A stretch of 64,000 bases of DNA from an uncultured Acidobacteriota bacterium. GTDB lineage: Bacteria; Acidobacteriota; Thermoanaerobaculia; Gp7-AA8. The DNA lies in NCBI GenBank assembly GCA_963741955.1, contig CAVUKB010000007.1, forward strand, positions 256,001 through 320,000, read 5' to 3'. The notes under the pieces were generated by a model. That model saw only the letters and a program-made list of their open reading frames with translations, had not been told where the DNA came from and made no database searches. Made by a program: the position numbers and the translations under genes. Shown here piece after piece: positions 50,848 to 60,705 of the stretch (position 1 is its first letter; each line of letters begins with the position of its first letter).

Positions 50848-51978
50848 CTACGGTTCGAACGCGGCGGCGCGGAACATCACTCGGCGGGTCATCGCGTCGG
50901 GAACGATGCGGAGGACGGCGTTGCGTACGGCGCAGCCGAATGGCGACGCGCTCTGCGCGATCCGTCCGAACTTCCGCGACTGATCGGTGATCCACCTCGT
51001 CCGCGGGAAGCGTGCGTCTTCGTACTTTCGCAACGCTTGGGAGAGAGCGCTCTCTCGCGCGAGAGAGCGCGCGAGGACCAGCGCGCTCTCGATGGCCATG
51101 CAGGCGCCCTGCCCGAGGTTCGGAGTGGTGGCGTGGATCGCGTCGCCGAGGAGCACCGTGCGGCCGGACGACCATCCGCGATGCGGCGGGAGATCCTGGA
51201 TGTCGTTGTAGAGTATGGCGTCGGAAGGGGTGCGCTCGATCAGTTCGCGTACGGGCGCGTGCCACGACGAGAACCGCCGAAGCAGCTCGCTCCGGCTTTC
51301 ATCGGCGGACGGCGTGCGGCCGGACGGGAGGTTCGCCGTCGCGAACCAGTAAATGCGGTTCGCGTCGATCGCGACGATCCCGAAGCGCTCGCCGCATCCC
51401 CACGATTCGCTGCTCCCTTCCTCCACCAGCTCGGGGGCTTCCGCGACGCCGCGCCACGCGACGTAGCCGGAATCGCGGATCGTGAGATCGGGACGGACCG
51501 CGTGGCGCACCGCGGAGTGGATACCGTCGGCGCCGATGACGAGATCGTCCGTCACACGGGTGCCGTCCTCGAACGTCACCTCTCCTTTCGAGGCGGCGAC
51601 GCTCGTGCAGGAGTGCCCGAGGTGGAGCGATGTGCGAGGAACGGCGGCGAAAAGGATCTCGTGGAGGTCGGCGCGATGGATGGCGATGGTCGGTTCGCCG
51701 AACGTGCGCTCGATCTCCCCGGGAGCGGAGCGGGCGAGGACGCGGCCGTCGGTCGTGCGGAGTCGAGCGCGCTCGATTTTCTGTCCGCGCGCGATGATCG
51801 CGTCGGCGAGACCGAGTCTGCGCAAAACGCGGATGGCGTTCGGCCAGAGCGTGACGCCGGCGCCGGCGCCGCGGATCTCCGCGGCACGCTCATAGATGTC
51901 GGACTCGATTCCCTCCTGCCTGAGCGCGATCGCGGCAGTGAATCCGCCGATCCCGGCGCCGATGATCGTCGCGTGCAT
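50848..51978 (-). CDS. FAD-dependent monooxygenase
   Basis: IIGAGIGG, GAGVTL, IHRADL, GADGIHS, LLGDAIHATTPNLGQGACMAIE. Confidence 0.93.
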   Translation of the reverse strand: MHATIIGAGIGGFTAAIALRQEGIESDIYERAAEIRGAGAGVTLWPNAIRVLRRLGLADAIIARGQKIERARLRTTDGRVLARSAPGEIERTFGEPTIAIHRADLHEILFAAVPRTSLHLGHSCTSVAASKGEVTFEDGTRVTDDLVIGADGIHSAVRHAVRPDLTIRDSGYVAWRGVAEAPELVEEGSSESWGCGERFGIVAIDANRIYWFATANLPSGRTPSADESRSELLRRFSSWHAPVRELIERTPSDAILYNDIQDLPPHRGWSSGRTVLLGDAIHATTPNLGQGACMAIESALVLARSLARESALSQALRKYEDARFPRTRWITDQSRKFGRIAQSASPFGCAVRNAVLRIVPDAMTRRVMFRAAAFEP

Positions 51979-52448
51979 CACGGGAGATTGTAAGGGTGGA
52001 TTCCGGATTTCGGTTTCGGGCGGCGAACGAGAAGCGCGCGAGAGATGTTCTCGTTCGAGCTCCCGCCGCAGCCAGCCGAACCCGAAACAGAACGCCGGGC
52101 CGAAGGCGTCCCTGGCTGGAGCCGGGGGTTGCGTCCGCCGGGCCGCCACCCCGGAAGCGAAGACACGATCATGAATTGCGCGCACCGCGGCAGCGGTGCC
52201 GCATCCACGTCGCCCGGCTCTTCAGCACCCGGAATTACAGGTCAGTGAGCACTGAGTGAAGATCCCGCTCATTGTGCGCACGCCAGGTTGGCGTTTGCGC
52301 AACATGCGTACTCGGCGGCCGTTGCGCTCTGGAAGAGATTCCCACGAGAATCATGGCGACGGCGAGCATCACGGCGCCGGAAGGGCAACGTCGTGGAGCC
52401 GTGCGCGCGAGCACACGGACACCCGATCGACCCGACCCGACGCTCGAA

Positions 52449-52478
52449 TCCGACATCCGACTTCCGAAATTCGAAATC
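52449..52478. repeat. short degenerate heptamer array
   Basis: TCCGACA TCCGACT TCCGAAA TTCGAAA. Confidence 0.55.
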
Positions 52479-52548
52479 AATACGACAACGCCCGCCGGAA
52501 GGCTGTTTCGGCGGGCGCTGTGTCGTGTGAAGGAGAGGAGAGAGTCGT

Positions 52549-53235
52549 TCAGTCAGTTCGGGTTGCGGTCAGGACGAGCATCAGGATCCGCCCGCTCTGC
52601 GGTGAGCGGGATGCGCCGAGCACCAGGGTCTGCCCGGTGCGGAGATTGAGGGACGTGGTCAGAAGGTTCTCGATCTCTTCGCCTTTCGGAGTCTGCTGCT
52701 TCCGTCCGAGCCGGAAATCGGAGACTTGGAGCGAATCGGTCGAAAGATCATACTCACCGATGGTGAAGTCGGCGCGGTAGCCGTCGATGTTCGCCAGCAC
52801 CGGATCGCCTTCTTTCCCTTCCGCATTCAGCTCGCCGATTTTCTCGAACGAGTTGAAGCGGAGGACGCCGGAGAGCTTGTCGGCGATCTCGCGCAGATCT
52901 TCCGGGACCGGCTTCGACGATGCAGCGCGCGATGCGAGAACCAGCTTCACGGAGATCCGGAAAGTCCGCGGTTTGGTGTCGAACTGTTCGATCAGTGCGG
53001 AGATTTTCTTCAGGTTCTCGGGAAAGTCGGTGACGACCAGCCGATTCGTGTTCGACTGGATCGAGATCGACCCTTCGCTGCTGAGAAGCGGCTTGACTGC
53101 GGCCGCCGCGTTCTCCGCCGACTTGTACTGGAACGGGAACGCCCGCACTTCGAGCTTCTGTCCCGCGGCCCACGCTCCGCCGGCCATCGCCGAGAGGAGG
53201 AAAATCATTCCGATGATGCGAGTCACATTTTTCAT
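52549..53235 (-). CDS. secreted protein with a secretin N-terminal (NolW-like) domain
   Basis: signal peptide; FQYKSAENAAAAVKPLLS...TNRLVVTD...ISALIEQFD; C-terminal LLTTSLNLRTGQTLVLG; 228 aa. Confidence 0.7.
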   Translation of the reverse strand: MKNVTRIIGMIFLLSAMAGGAWAAGQKLEVRAFPFQYKSAENAAAAVKPLLSSEGSISIQSNTNRLVVTDFPENLKKISALIEQFDTKPRTFRISVKLVLASRAASSKPVPEDLREIADKLSGVLRFNSFEKIGELNAEGKEGDPVLANIDGYRADFTIGEYDLSTDSLQVSDFRLGRKQQTPKGEEIENLLTTSLNLRTGQTLVLGASRSPQSGRILMLVLTATRTD

Positions 53236-53753
53236 AAGTCCGCCGGAAGCGAGTCGTCGAACACCATGACGACTTGGATGTCTGATGCGTTCTGGACCGG
53301 GACCTCGACGATGGTCGCGCTGCTCGAGCGGTAGTTCTCCACGACCGGACGGGTCATGACCGGTGTCACCGCGGAGGTGGTCTGATGGGCGGCGATCTGA
53401 ACGGCCGGCCCGGGAACGGCGTCCGAAGGACTCGGTGCGTACGTCAGCGACGCAGCCACGATTCCGACGAAGAGCGCGGCCGCCGCGGACCAACGCCACA
53501 CCGGCGCGATCCGCCGGCGACCCTGGAGCTTCCGTTCGGTCGAGCGGACGTGGACCTCGGACATCACGTCCGAGACGAACGCGTCGACGCCGCCCGGGGG
53601 GATCAGTTCGTCGCCGCCGAGTGAGCGGAAGAGATAATCGGGATCGATCGCCACGGCGAATTCCAGGCACTCGTTGCAGGCGCGCAGGTGCGCGAGCATC
53701 TCCGGCGTCTGTTCGAACTTGCGGCAGAGCTCACGGAAGGCTACACAGTTCAT
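53232..53753 (-). CDS. zinc-finger anti-sigma factor
   Basis: MNC...HLRACNEC, single TM WSAAAALFVGIVAA; ATGA overlaps on both sides. Confidence 0.8.
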   Translation of the reverse strand: MNCVAFRELCRKFEQTPEMLAHLRACNECLEFAVAIDPDYLFRSLGGDELIPPGGVDAFVSDVMSEVHVRSTERKLQGRRRIAPVWRWSAAAALFVGIVAASLTYAPSPSDAVPGPAVQIAAHQTTSAVTPVMTRPVVENYRSSSATIVEVPVQNASDIQVVMVFDDSLPADL

Positions 53754-54370
53754 GATTCCTCCCTCCAGAGCTTGGCGTATTCGGGATAACGAACCCGGAG
53801 TTGCTGCTGCATCACTTTTCTCGCGTTGAAGAGATGGTTGCGGACGGTCGATTCGCGGCAACCGAGGACCCGGGAGATCTCCGCGGAGGAGATGTCCTCC
53901 ATCTCCTTCATGACGAAAATCGCCTTCTGCTTCGGTGAGAGCGACTGCGAGATCTCGTCGAACACCGCCTGCACTTCCTTCTTCTGAAAGCGGACGGTCT
54001 GGTCGGCGTCGGTCGCTGTCTTCACCAGACGGAGATTCGAGTTCACCGCGTTGTCGCGCGACTGGCGGCTGCGGAGGAAGTCGATCGCGACATTGGTCGC
54101 CATCCGGTAGAGCCAGGTGTCGAACGCGAAGGAGGGGTCGTACTTGTCCAGGTTTTCCCATAGCTTGATGAAGACGAGCTGGGCGATGTCCCGAGCGTCC
54201 TCGGCGTTGTTGACCACCCGAAAGCAGACTCCGTAGACCTTCGAGGTCCTGGTGCGGACGATCGCTTCGAACGCGGCGGTATCGCCGCTCCGGGCCGCCT
54301 CGATCAGCTGCCGGTCATCGGACTGGGTCATTTCGCCGGGACTTTCCATCAGTTTCAGATTCGAGCGCAT
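53750..54370 (-). CDS. ECF RNA polymerase sigma-70 factor
   Basis: DARDIAQLVF, FDTWLYRMATNVAIDFLR, ESTVRNHLFNAR; start may be 54349 or 54331. Confidence 0.93.
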   Translation of the reverse strand: MRSNLKLMESPGEMTQSDDRQLIEAARSGDTAAFEAIVRTRTSKVYGVCFRVVNNAEDARDIAQLVFIKLWENLDKYDPSFAFDTWLYRMATNVAIDFLRSRQSRDNAVNSNLRLVKTATDADQTVRFQKKEVQAVFDEISQSLSPKQKAIFVMKEMEDISSAEISRVLGCRESTVRNHLFNARKVMQQQLRVRYPEYAKLWREES

Positions 54371-54380
54371 TCCAACCCGA

Positions 54381-54408
54381 TATACGGGTGGACCCGAAAA
54401 AACGTCTA
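54381..54408 (-). promoter_or_regulatory. putative ECF-type promoter of the second sigma operon
   Basis: minus strand TAGAC-GTTTTTTCGGGTCCACC-CGTATA (17-nt spacer with T-tract). Confidence 0.55.
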
Positions 54409-54564
54409 TTCCGCCGGGGCCGGTCTTCCCGGGGTGCAGGAGACCGCCACCGAGATGCCGGACGGAAGCAGAACCGGATATTGGACGTGTTCCATCTTCC
54501 CACGGTTCTTGCGCCCGCACTCCGTCTGCGCCTAGAATCGCGTAAATCTCGGTTCGAGGGCAAG

Positions 54565-55851
54565 ATGCGCGTATTGGTGGTCGGTCAGGGAGGTCGGGAG
54601 CATGCCATCTGCTGGAAGCTCCGGCAGTCTCCCACGGTGAAGGAGCTCTATGCTGCTCCGGGCAATGCAGGAATCGCTTCGGTGGCGGACTGCGTCCCGA
54701 TCGGGGTGGCGGACATCATCGAGCTCGCCGACTTCGCCGAGAAACTGAAGATGGATCTGACGGTGGTCGGGCCGGAGCTTCCGCTCACGCTCGGGATCGT
54801 GGACGAATTCCGGAAACGCGGGCTCTGCATCATGGGGCCGACCCAGCGCGCGGCAGAGCTCGAAGGCTCGAAGGTCTTCTCCAAGGAGTTCATGAAGAAA
54901 TACGACATCCCGACCGCGGATGCCGTGATCTGCAACTCGGCGGACGAGGCGTCGCAGCACCTGAAAAAACGGAAATTTCCGTGCGTGCTCAAAGTCGACG
55001 GGCTCGCGGCCGGGAAGGGCGTGCTGGTGGCGTCGAACCGTGCCGAAGCAGACGAGTTCCTCAATCTCGTCTTCGCCGAGAGGAAATTCGGGAATGCCGC
55101 AGACCGAGTCCTGATCGAGGACTGCCTCACCGGTGAGGAAGTCTCGTTCATGGTGCTGACCGACGGGAAGAAGATCGTCCCGCTCGCTCCCGCGAAGGAC
55201 TACAAGAAAGCATTCGACGGCGACGAGGGACCGAACACGGGCGGGATGGGCTCTCACTCTCCGGCGGTGGTACTCCCCGCGGAAGCGGCTGCCGAGATCA
55301 TGCGGAAAATCGTGATCCCGACCATCCAGGGGATGGAAGCGGAAGGCCGGACCTACTCCGGATGTCTCTACGTCGGTCTGATGCTCACGCCCGACGGGCC
55401 GAAGGCGCTCGAGTACAACTGCCGGTTCGGCGATCCCGAAACGCAGTCGCAGATGTTGCGGTTGGAGGACGACCTGGCGGATGTGTTTCTCCGGGTCGCG
55501 AGAGGATCGCTCGGCGACACGAAGCTGACGTGGCGGAAAGAGGCGGCCGCGTGCGTGGTGCTGGCCGCCGAAGGCTATCCCGGCGACTACCGGAAAGGAG
55601 CGGAAGTGACGATCGATCCGATCGAAGACGACTCGGTCGTGATCTTCCATTCCGGGATCGTGAACGAGGACGGGAGGATGGTCACGGTAGGTGGTCGCGT
55701 GGCGAGCGTCTGCGCCCGCGCGGCGACGCTCACGGAAGCGCTCGGCAAGGCGTACGGAGCAATCTCCAGGATCCATTTTGAAGGGATGCGCTACCGCACC
55801 GACATCGGATATCGTGCACTCGAGCAGCGGAAAGCGGCTGCCTCGGAGTAA
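54565..55851 (+). CDS. purD: phosphoribosylamine-glycine ligase
   Basis: GQGGREHA, APGNAG, VGPE, LEGSK, DGLAAGKGV, GPNTGGMG, EYNCRFGDPE, YRTDIG. Confidence 0.98.
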   Translation: MRVLVVGQGGREHAICWKLRQSPTVKELYAAPGNAGIASVADCVPIGVADIIELADFAEKLKMDLTVVGPELPLTLGIVDEFRKRGLCIMGPTQRAAELEGSKVFSKEFMKKYDIPTADAVICNSADEASQHLKKRKFPCVLKVDGLAAGKGVLVASNRAEADEFLNLVFAERKFGNAADRVLIEDCLTGEEVSFMVLTDGKKIVPLAPAKDYKKAFDGDEGPNTGGMGSHSPAVVLPAEAAAEIMRKIVIPTIQGMEAEGRTYSGCLYVGLMLTPDGPKALEYNCRFGDPETQSQMLRLEDDLADVFLRVARGSLGDTKLTWRKEAAACVVLAAEGYPGDYRKGAEVTIDPIEDDSVVIFHSGIVNEDGRMVTVGGRVASVCARAATLTEALGKAYGAISRIHFEGMRYRTDIGYRALEQRKAAASE

Positions 55852-56038
55852 GACGTGGGTCGCGGCTTTCTGCCGTGACGGAACTTCTACGGACATCCCG
55901 GAGAGAACGGCAGGGGCGATCTGTCGTGAAGAATCGTTGCGACGGCGGCATCCGTTGCGCACGTAGCCCGGAGTTCTCACACCTCTTCGCAAACGAGACG
56001 GCGTGAGCAATCCAGACGAGATCAGCAGGAGGTCGAGA

Positions 56039-56548
56039 GTGGCAAAGCCTTGGGTTTGCATCGTGATGGGAAGTGATTCGGACGCGCCGGTGATGTCGAG
56101 GACCGCCGACGTGCTGGAAGAGCTCGGAGTTCCATTCGAGATGACGGTGACCTCGGCGCACCGGACGCCGGCGCGCACCGAGGAGATCATCCGCGGTGCA
56201 GAAGCGAATGGAGCCGCGGTTTTCGTGGCTGGCGCGGGAGGGGCAGCGCATCTGCCCGGAGTCGTCGCCGCGTTCACCACCAGGCCGGTGATCGGTGTGC
56301 CGCTGGTCTCGGGATCGCTGCAGGGACTCGATTCGCTGCTGGCGATCGTGCAGATGCCGGGAGGGATTCCGGTGGCGACGGTGGCGATCGGTCCGGCCGG
56401 GGCGAAGAACGCCGGGATTCTCGCGGCGGAGATGCTCGCGATCTCGGACGACACGCTGGCGAAAAGGCTGACCGACTGGCGGAGCGAGATGCGCGAGCAG
56501 GTGGAACAGAAGGCTGCGAAGGTGGAGCGGAAGACGACCGGGCGCTGA
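56039..56548 (+). CDS. purE: N5-CAIR mutase
   Basis: MGSDSD, SAHRTP, AGAGGAAHLPG, IVQMPGGIPVATV; GGAGG before GTG 56039. Confidence 0.97.
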   Translation: MAKPWVCIVMGSDSDAPVMSRTADVLEELGVPFEMTVTSAHRTPARTEEIIRGAEANGAAVFVAGAGGAAHLPGVVAAFTTRPVIGVPLVSGSLQGLDSLLAIVQMPGGIPVATVAIGPAGAKNAGILAAEMLAISDDTLAKRLTDWRSEMREQVEQKAAKVERKTTGR

Positions 56549-56736
56549 CGGTTGCCGCCCGGGAGACTGCGCGTCTGACCGCAGGCGTTCTCTCGATGCG
56601 CGTCGAACACGCTCCGCGTGGGGGATCGCAGATCCGCACTTCCGGTACGGTTCGAACACCGTCCAGGCCGCGGACTGCGGGCCAGAGCGGGCGACACTTC
56701 GGGAAGATTCTTCCCGTCCCCGCGTTTGCTGAAACG

Positions 56737-57699
56737 ATGGCGCACACACATTCGCACGCACTTCCGGACGGCGCAGACGTGAGCCGGAAGCTCGTGGTGT
56801 CGACCGTCGCGACGACGCTGTTCGTCGGTGCGGAGCTCGGGATCGGGATCTTCGCCAATTCGCTCGCGCTGATCGGCGATGCGTTTCACAACTTCACCGA
56901 CGCGCTCGCGCTTCTTCTCGCGCTCCTCGCCATCATTCTGCAGAAGCGGGCCCCGACGCGGTCGAAGTCGTTCGGGTATCAGCGAGCCGGGTTTCTCGCC
57001 GCATTCGTGAATGCGGGAACGCTCGTCGCGTTCACGGTTTTCATCCTGATCGAGGCGTGGCGGCGATTCCGCCAACCCGAGCCGGTGGACAGCTTCTGGA
57101 TGCTGGTCACCGCGGGAGTTGCAATCGTCCTGAACAGCGGCATCACTCTGTGGCTTCGCAGTGAGGGGAAGAAGGACATCAACATCCGCGGTGCGGCGAT
57201 CCACATGATGGGCGATGCCCTCTCGGCGGTGGGCATCGTGATCGCCGCGATCCTGATGCGGAGCACCGGCTCGACGATCTACGACCCGATCGTCTCGGTG
57301 ATCATCGGCGTGCTGATCCTCTGGAGCTCGTGGGGCGTGCTTCGTGAGACGGTCAATCTTCTGCTGGAGGGAGTGCCGAACGGAATCGATCCGGACGCGG
57401 TCGCCCAGGACATCGCCTCGATGGAGGGAATCCAGGGAGTGCACCACGTGCACATCTGGGCGATCGGTCCGTCCCGGCCGGCGCTCTCGTGTCACCTCCT
57501 TCTCGGAGACATCTCACTTCGCACCGCTGCGGTGATCCGGGAGAGACTGAACGAGATGCTCGCTGCGCGTTACGAGATCGAGCACACCACGTTTCAGTTC
57601 GAGCACGCCGGCTGCCCGGAAGACAACCCGTATTGTCTGATCTACGAGGACGAAGATCCGCAGCCGCCCGCGGAGACCCGCGGGATCAGCGGAACGTGA
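56737..57699 (+). CDS. cation diffusion facilitator (CzcD/ZitB-like)
   Basis: SLALIGDAFHNFTD, SFGYQR, NIRGAAIHMMGD, VHHVHIW, HTTFQFE. Confidence 0.95.
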   Translation: MAHTHSHALPDGADVSRKLVVSTVATTLFVGAELGIGIFANSLALIGDAFHNFTDALALLLALLAIILQKRAPTRSKSFGYQRAGFLAAFVNAGTLVAFTVFILIEAWRRFRQPEPVDSFWMLVTAGVAIVLNSGITLWLRSEGKKDINIRGAAIHMMGDALSAVGIVIAAILMRSTGSTIYDPIVSVIIGVLILWSSWGVLRETVNLLLEGVPNGIDPDAVAQDIASMEGIQGVHHVHIWAIGPSRPALSCHLLLGDISLRTAAVIRERLNEMLAARYEIEHTTFQFEHAGCPEDNPYCLIYEDEDPQPPAETRGISGT

Positions 57700-59470
57700 A
57701 TCCCTCCGGGTACGTGAATCCAACCGTCACTCTCTGGACTCCGTGCTGGAGGACCGTCGCGAGATCGGGGATGACGGCGAAGAACGGCCGGAGGTCGATC
57801 GCGTTTCCCACCAGTTGGGATCCGACGACCCGGCAGTAATCTCCTCGCCGCAGGATGTCCGTCGGCCGCCGATAGCGGACGCCGGGATACATGGTGGAGA
57901 TCTCGCCGCGGCTTTCGCGTGAGGGTTTCTGCATCCAGGTCTTGGTGTAGGAGTCGACTTCGAGCTCCTCGCTCCCGACCCTTCCCTGAGCGTCGTACGC
58001 GAAACCGACCGTGGCGCTCCATTCCGTCTTCGGAGAGCCCGCCGCCGGATAGCCGGTGTAGCCGCCGTGGAGCGCCACGCTCGCGAGCGAGTCTCCGTTC
58101 CACGTGAGATCGGCGGTCATCTCGATGGCGTCGCCGCATGCGGCGGTGTTGACGTAGGAGGAGCGGAGCTGGAGGATCCGTCCCTTCTCGTCGTAGGAGT
58201 ATCGATTCGTGTAGCGTTGTCCTTCGATGACCAGGTTCTCGCGGTCGAGCAGCCAGGTACCTCCGCTTCCGGGGTGCGCGACGAAATCGAGGATCTCACC
58301 GCTGCCGTGATCGAGGACGCTCTCGAGGTACTCGCCCTGCCGGAGCTCGACCTCGGTTGTGCCACTGCCTCGTGAAGCGAGAACGTCGCCGTCGTACGTC
58401 CATCCGTCCGCGATGCGCTGCTGCTGGATGGCGCGACGGCGGGGGGGGGTGTACTTGATGGCGTCGAGGAAGTTGCCGCCCTGAAGCTGGCAGGCGAGCT
58501 CCTCGTTCCGCGCCACGCGCCCGTCGCTGTAGAAACTGGTGCGCGTGGCGGATGCCCCGGTGCCGCATGCCCGGGTGTTGAAAAGAGACGAGGCGGTGAG
58601 GAAGGGGCCATGCCAGCAGTGCGGGCACCACATCGCACCGATCGGAAGCTTGTAGCCACAGAAGGGACAGACCATCTTCGTGCGCGAGTCGTCGAGCTCG
58701 CGCTCGAGGGCGAAGATCCGCTGGTCGACTTCGCTCTTGTCCGTGGCCGACGGGTCGGTCGCGAGATAACGCCGATAGCGTTCCGTCGCCTTCAGGAAAT
58801 CGCCTTCACGCTCGTAGGCGATGGCCTGGTTGTAAGAGATCGCAGGGTCATCCGGATGCTGCTGCTCGGCGCGCTGAAACACTTCGAGCGCCTGCTCGAC
58901 GTCGCCGTGCGCGAGGAGAAACCGCCCCCGGTTGAAGAGCTCGAGATAATCGTGATCGATCTGCTGTTTCTTCTGCAGTTCGCGCTGCCAGTCGAGCTCG
59001 AGCTGCAGCTTCTTCACGTTGTCGGCTTCCGCGCCCTGGGGAAAGATGGTCAGATAACGTTCGATGCGCACCTGAGCGTCGGCGATGCGGCCGAGCCGGG
59101 TGAGGGCGAGCGCCGAGTCGTAGAGGAGCGCCGGCTGGTCGGGGAGAATCTGATCGGCCTTCTCGAACTGTTCGAGTGCGGAAGCGTAGTCTCCGATCTC
59201 GAAGAACTTCTTTCCGAAGTAGACCGCGCGCTGGTATTCGTCGCGGATGTCGCTGGCGTTCTGCGCCGGGCCGGCCGCCGTCGCCGGAGGGGTCACCTGC
59301 GCCGGCTGGACCGCGTCGGTGGTCCGGGCGGGGACAGGTCTGCAGATCAGGAGCGCGAGGAGGATTCCAGCCGCGAGAGCGAGCTCGGAGCGGCTCGACG
59401 CGATCGCCCATCCTTTCCTGAAACCACATGCATCCCGAACATCGGCGGAGGGGGCGGCGTTTCGTGACAT
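57686..59470 (-). CDS. hypothetical exported TPR protein with double CxxC ribbon and YD-like beta-rich C-terminus
   Basis: hydrophobic segment LALAAGILLALLIC; TPR repeats; CPFCG...CPHC; WTYDG, YSYDEKGRI, FAYDAQGRV; start uncertain. Confidence 0.75.
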   Translation of the reverse strand: MSRNAAPSADVRDACGFRKGWAIASSRSELALAAGILLALLICRPVPARTTDAVQPAQVTPPATAAGPAQNASDIRDEYQRAVYFGKKFFEIGDYASALEQFEKADQILPDQPALLYDSALALTRLGRIADAQVRIERYLTIFPQGAEADNVKKLQLELDWQRELQKKQQIDHDYLELFNRGRFLLAHGDVEQALEVFQRAEQQHPDDPAISYNQAIAYEREGDFLKATERYRRYLATDPSATDKSEVDQRIFALERELDDSRTKMVCPFCGYKLPIGAMWCPHCWHGPFLTASSLFNTRACGTGASATRTSFYSDGRVARNEELACQLQGGNFLDAIKYTPPRRRAIQQQRIADGWTYDGDVLASRGSGTTEVELRQGEYLESVLDHGSGEILDFVAHPGSGGTWLLDRENLVIEGQRYTNRYSYDEKGRILQLRSSYVNTAACGDAIEMTADLTWNGDSLASVALHGGYTGYPAAGSPKTEWSATVGFAYDAQGRVGSEELEVDSYTKTWMQKPSRESRGEISTMYPGVRYRRPTDILRRGDYCRVVGSQLVGNAIDLRPFFAVIPDLATVLQHGVQRVTVGFTYPEGFTFR

Positions 59471-59487
59471 CGGCACTCTCTTCCTGC

Positions 59488-60705
59488 TCACTTCTGGAGG
59501 CTCTCGTCGATCAGATTCGCGAGCCACGACTGCTGGCTCGCAGTGAGTGAAGGATTTCTCGCGAGCACCAGGTACATCGCGGCCTTGCGTTGCTCCGCGG
59601 TATATCGTCCGGTCGAATCGCGGAGTACGGCGATCGGATCGTCGGCGACGTTCGAGGGCCACTCGATCACGATGTCGTTCGCGTCCCCGACCGCCCAGTG
59701 GCTGGCGACGTCGGCGCCGAAGAGCGCTGACACCAGTTGGAGCCGCGACGTCTCGTCGCGTGCGGCACCCGACATCCGGGCGAGACGGCTTCGCGCTCCG
59801 GCGACGTCGGTGAGCGTTCGCAGATTGGAAAGAAGCTGGAGGCGTTGCATCGCTGCTTCGAGGATTTTTGCCTTCGACGTTGCCTCGGTCATCGCATTCG
59901 CCGCCTGGAGAATCCGTTGAACCCGCGAGGTCTCGAATTCGACGAACGGATCCGCATCCTCGTCCGGCGCACTCGAGGCTGCAACGCTTTCCTCAGGAGC
60001 CGCGGCAGCAGTGGCACGCGCAGTGAGGATCGCCTGAACTTCCTCTTCCGTCGGAATGGGGATCTCGAGAAGCGTGAGATCGGATCCTCCGGGAATGGTG
60101 CTCGTGGTCTCACTGCCGATCGCGGTCTCCTTGAGAGCCGATTCGCTCAGCGGCTGTGCGCCGGCCGGGGGGAGCGTATCCGGAAGCGGCGCGGTCATGG
60201 GCCAGATCTCCGTGCCGATGGTCGAGGCTTCACCGGCGAGCGCGCGGACCACGCTCGAATCGGAAGCGAGTCCCGCGTCGAGGAGATCCTCGCGAAGATC
60301 CGCCAGGAACTGCTGCCGCAATCGCACCTGAGCCATCCGATGTGCATCGTCGAGAAAGTACGGGTTCGCCTGCACCACGGTCATGTCGCAATGACACGGA
60401 CCGAAACGGTCGGGCTGAATGCGCGACTTCGGCTGCGTTTGTCTGATCGCGGCGATCGCGGCCTGGTTTTCCGCCATCTCCGCGGCTCTCGATTTCTCGC
60501 ACGCTGCCTGCGACGCGAATGCGTTCACCCCGAAGAGCTCGACCGGGCGGTTGCTCTCGGAGCTCCAGGCGAGGATGTGGTAGTGGGAGACAGGGCACCC
60601 TTCGGGAGGTGTGCCCCCCGCCGGACAGACCAGGGTCTGGGCAGCGGCCGCGGTGGCGAAGAGCAGAAGAGGGATGACCCCCGCAGCGCTTTTTCTGAAA
60701 GGCAT
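59488..60705 (-). CDS. hypothetical secreted protein with Cys-containing N-terminal domain
   Basis: signal peptide ending AAAQ; 5 Cys in the N-terminal ~110 aa; helical C-terminus; TATAAT upstream. Confidence 0.7.
   Translation of the reverse strand: MPFRKSAAGVIPLLLFATAAAAQTLVCPAGGTPPEGCPVSHYHILAWSSESNRPVELFGVNAFASQAACEKSRAAEMAENQAAIAAIRQTQPKSRIQPDRFGPCHCDMTVVQANPYFLDDAHRMAQVRLRQQFLADLREDLLDAGLASDSSVVRALAGEASTIGTEIWPMTAPLPDTLPPAGAQPLSESALKETAIGSETTSTIPGGSDLTLLEIPIPTEEEVQAILTARATAAAAPEESVAASSAPDEDADPFVEFETSRVQRILQAANAMTEATSKAKILEAAMQRLQLLSNLRTLTDVAGARSRLARMSGAARDETSRLQLVSALFGADVASHWAVGDANDIVIEWPSNVADDPIAVLRDSTGRYTAEQRKAAMYLVLARNPSLTASQQSWLANLIDESLQK

Noticed and set aside
55853-55965. Possible ncRNA between purD and purE (and similar hairpins at 52110-52155 and 60830-60955)
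   Set aside because: Only loose REP-like palindromes without a recognisable RNA family or clear second copies.
54532-57495. 987-aa minus-strand ORF and many similar long antisense or alternate-frame ORFs
   Set aside because: Shadow frames of purD/purE/CDF and other real genes, expected at high GC; no domain motifs.
58608-58672. CPHCWH / CPFCG as c-type heme sites
   Set aside because: Neither is CxxCH; the paired CxxC pattern fits a zinc ribbon or disulfides.
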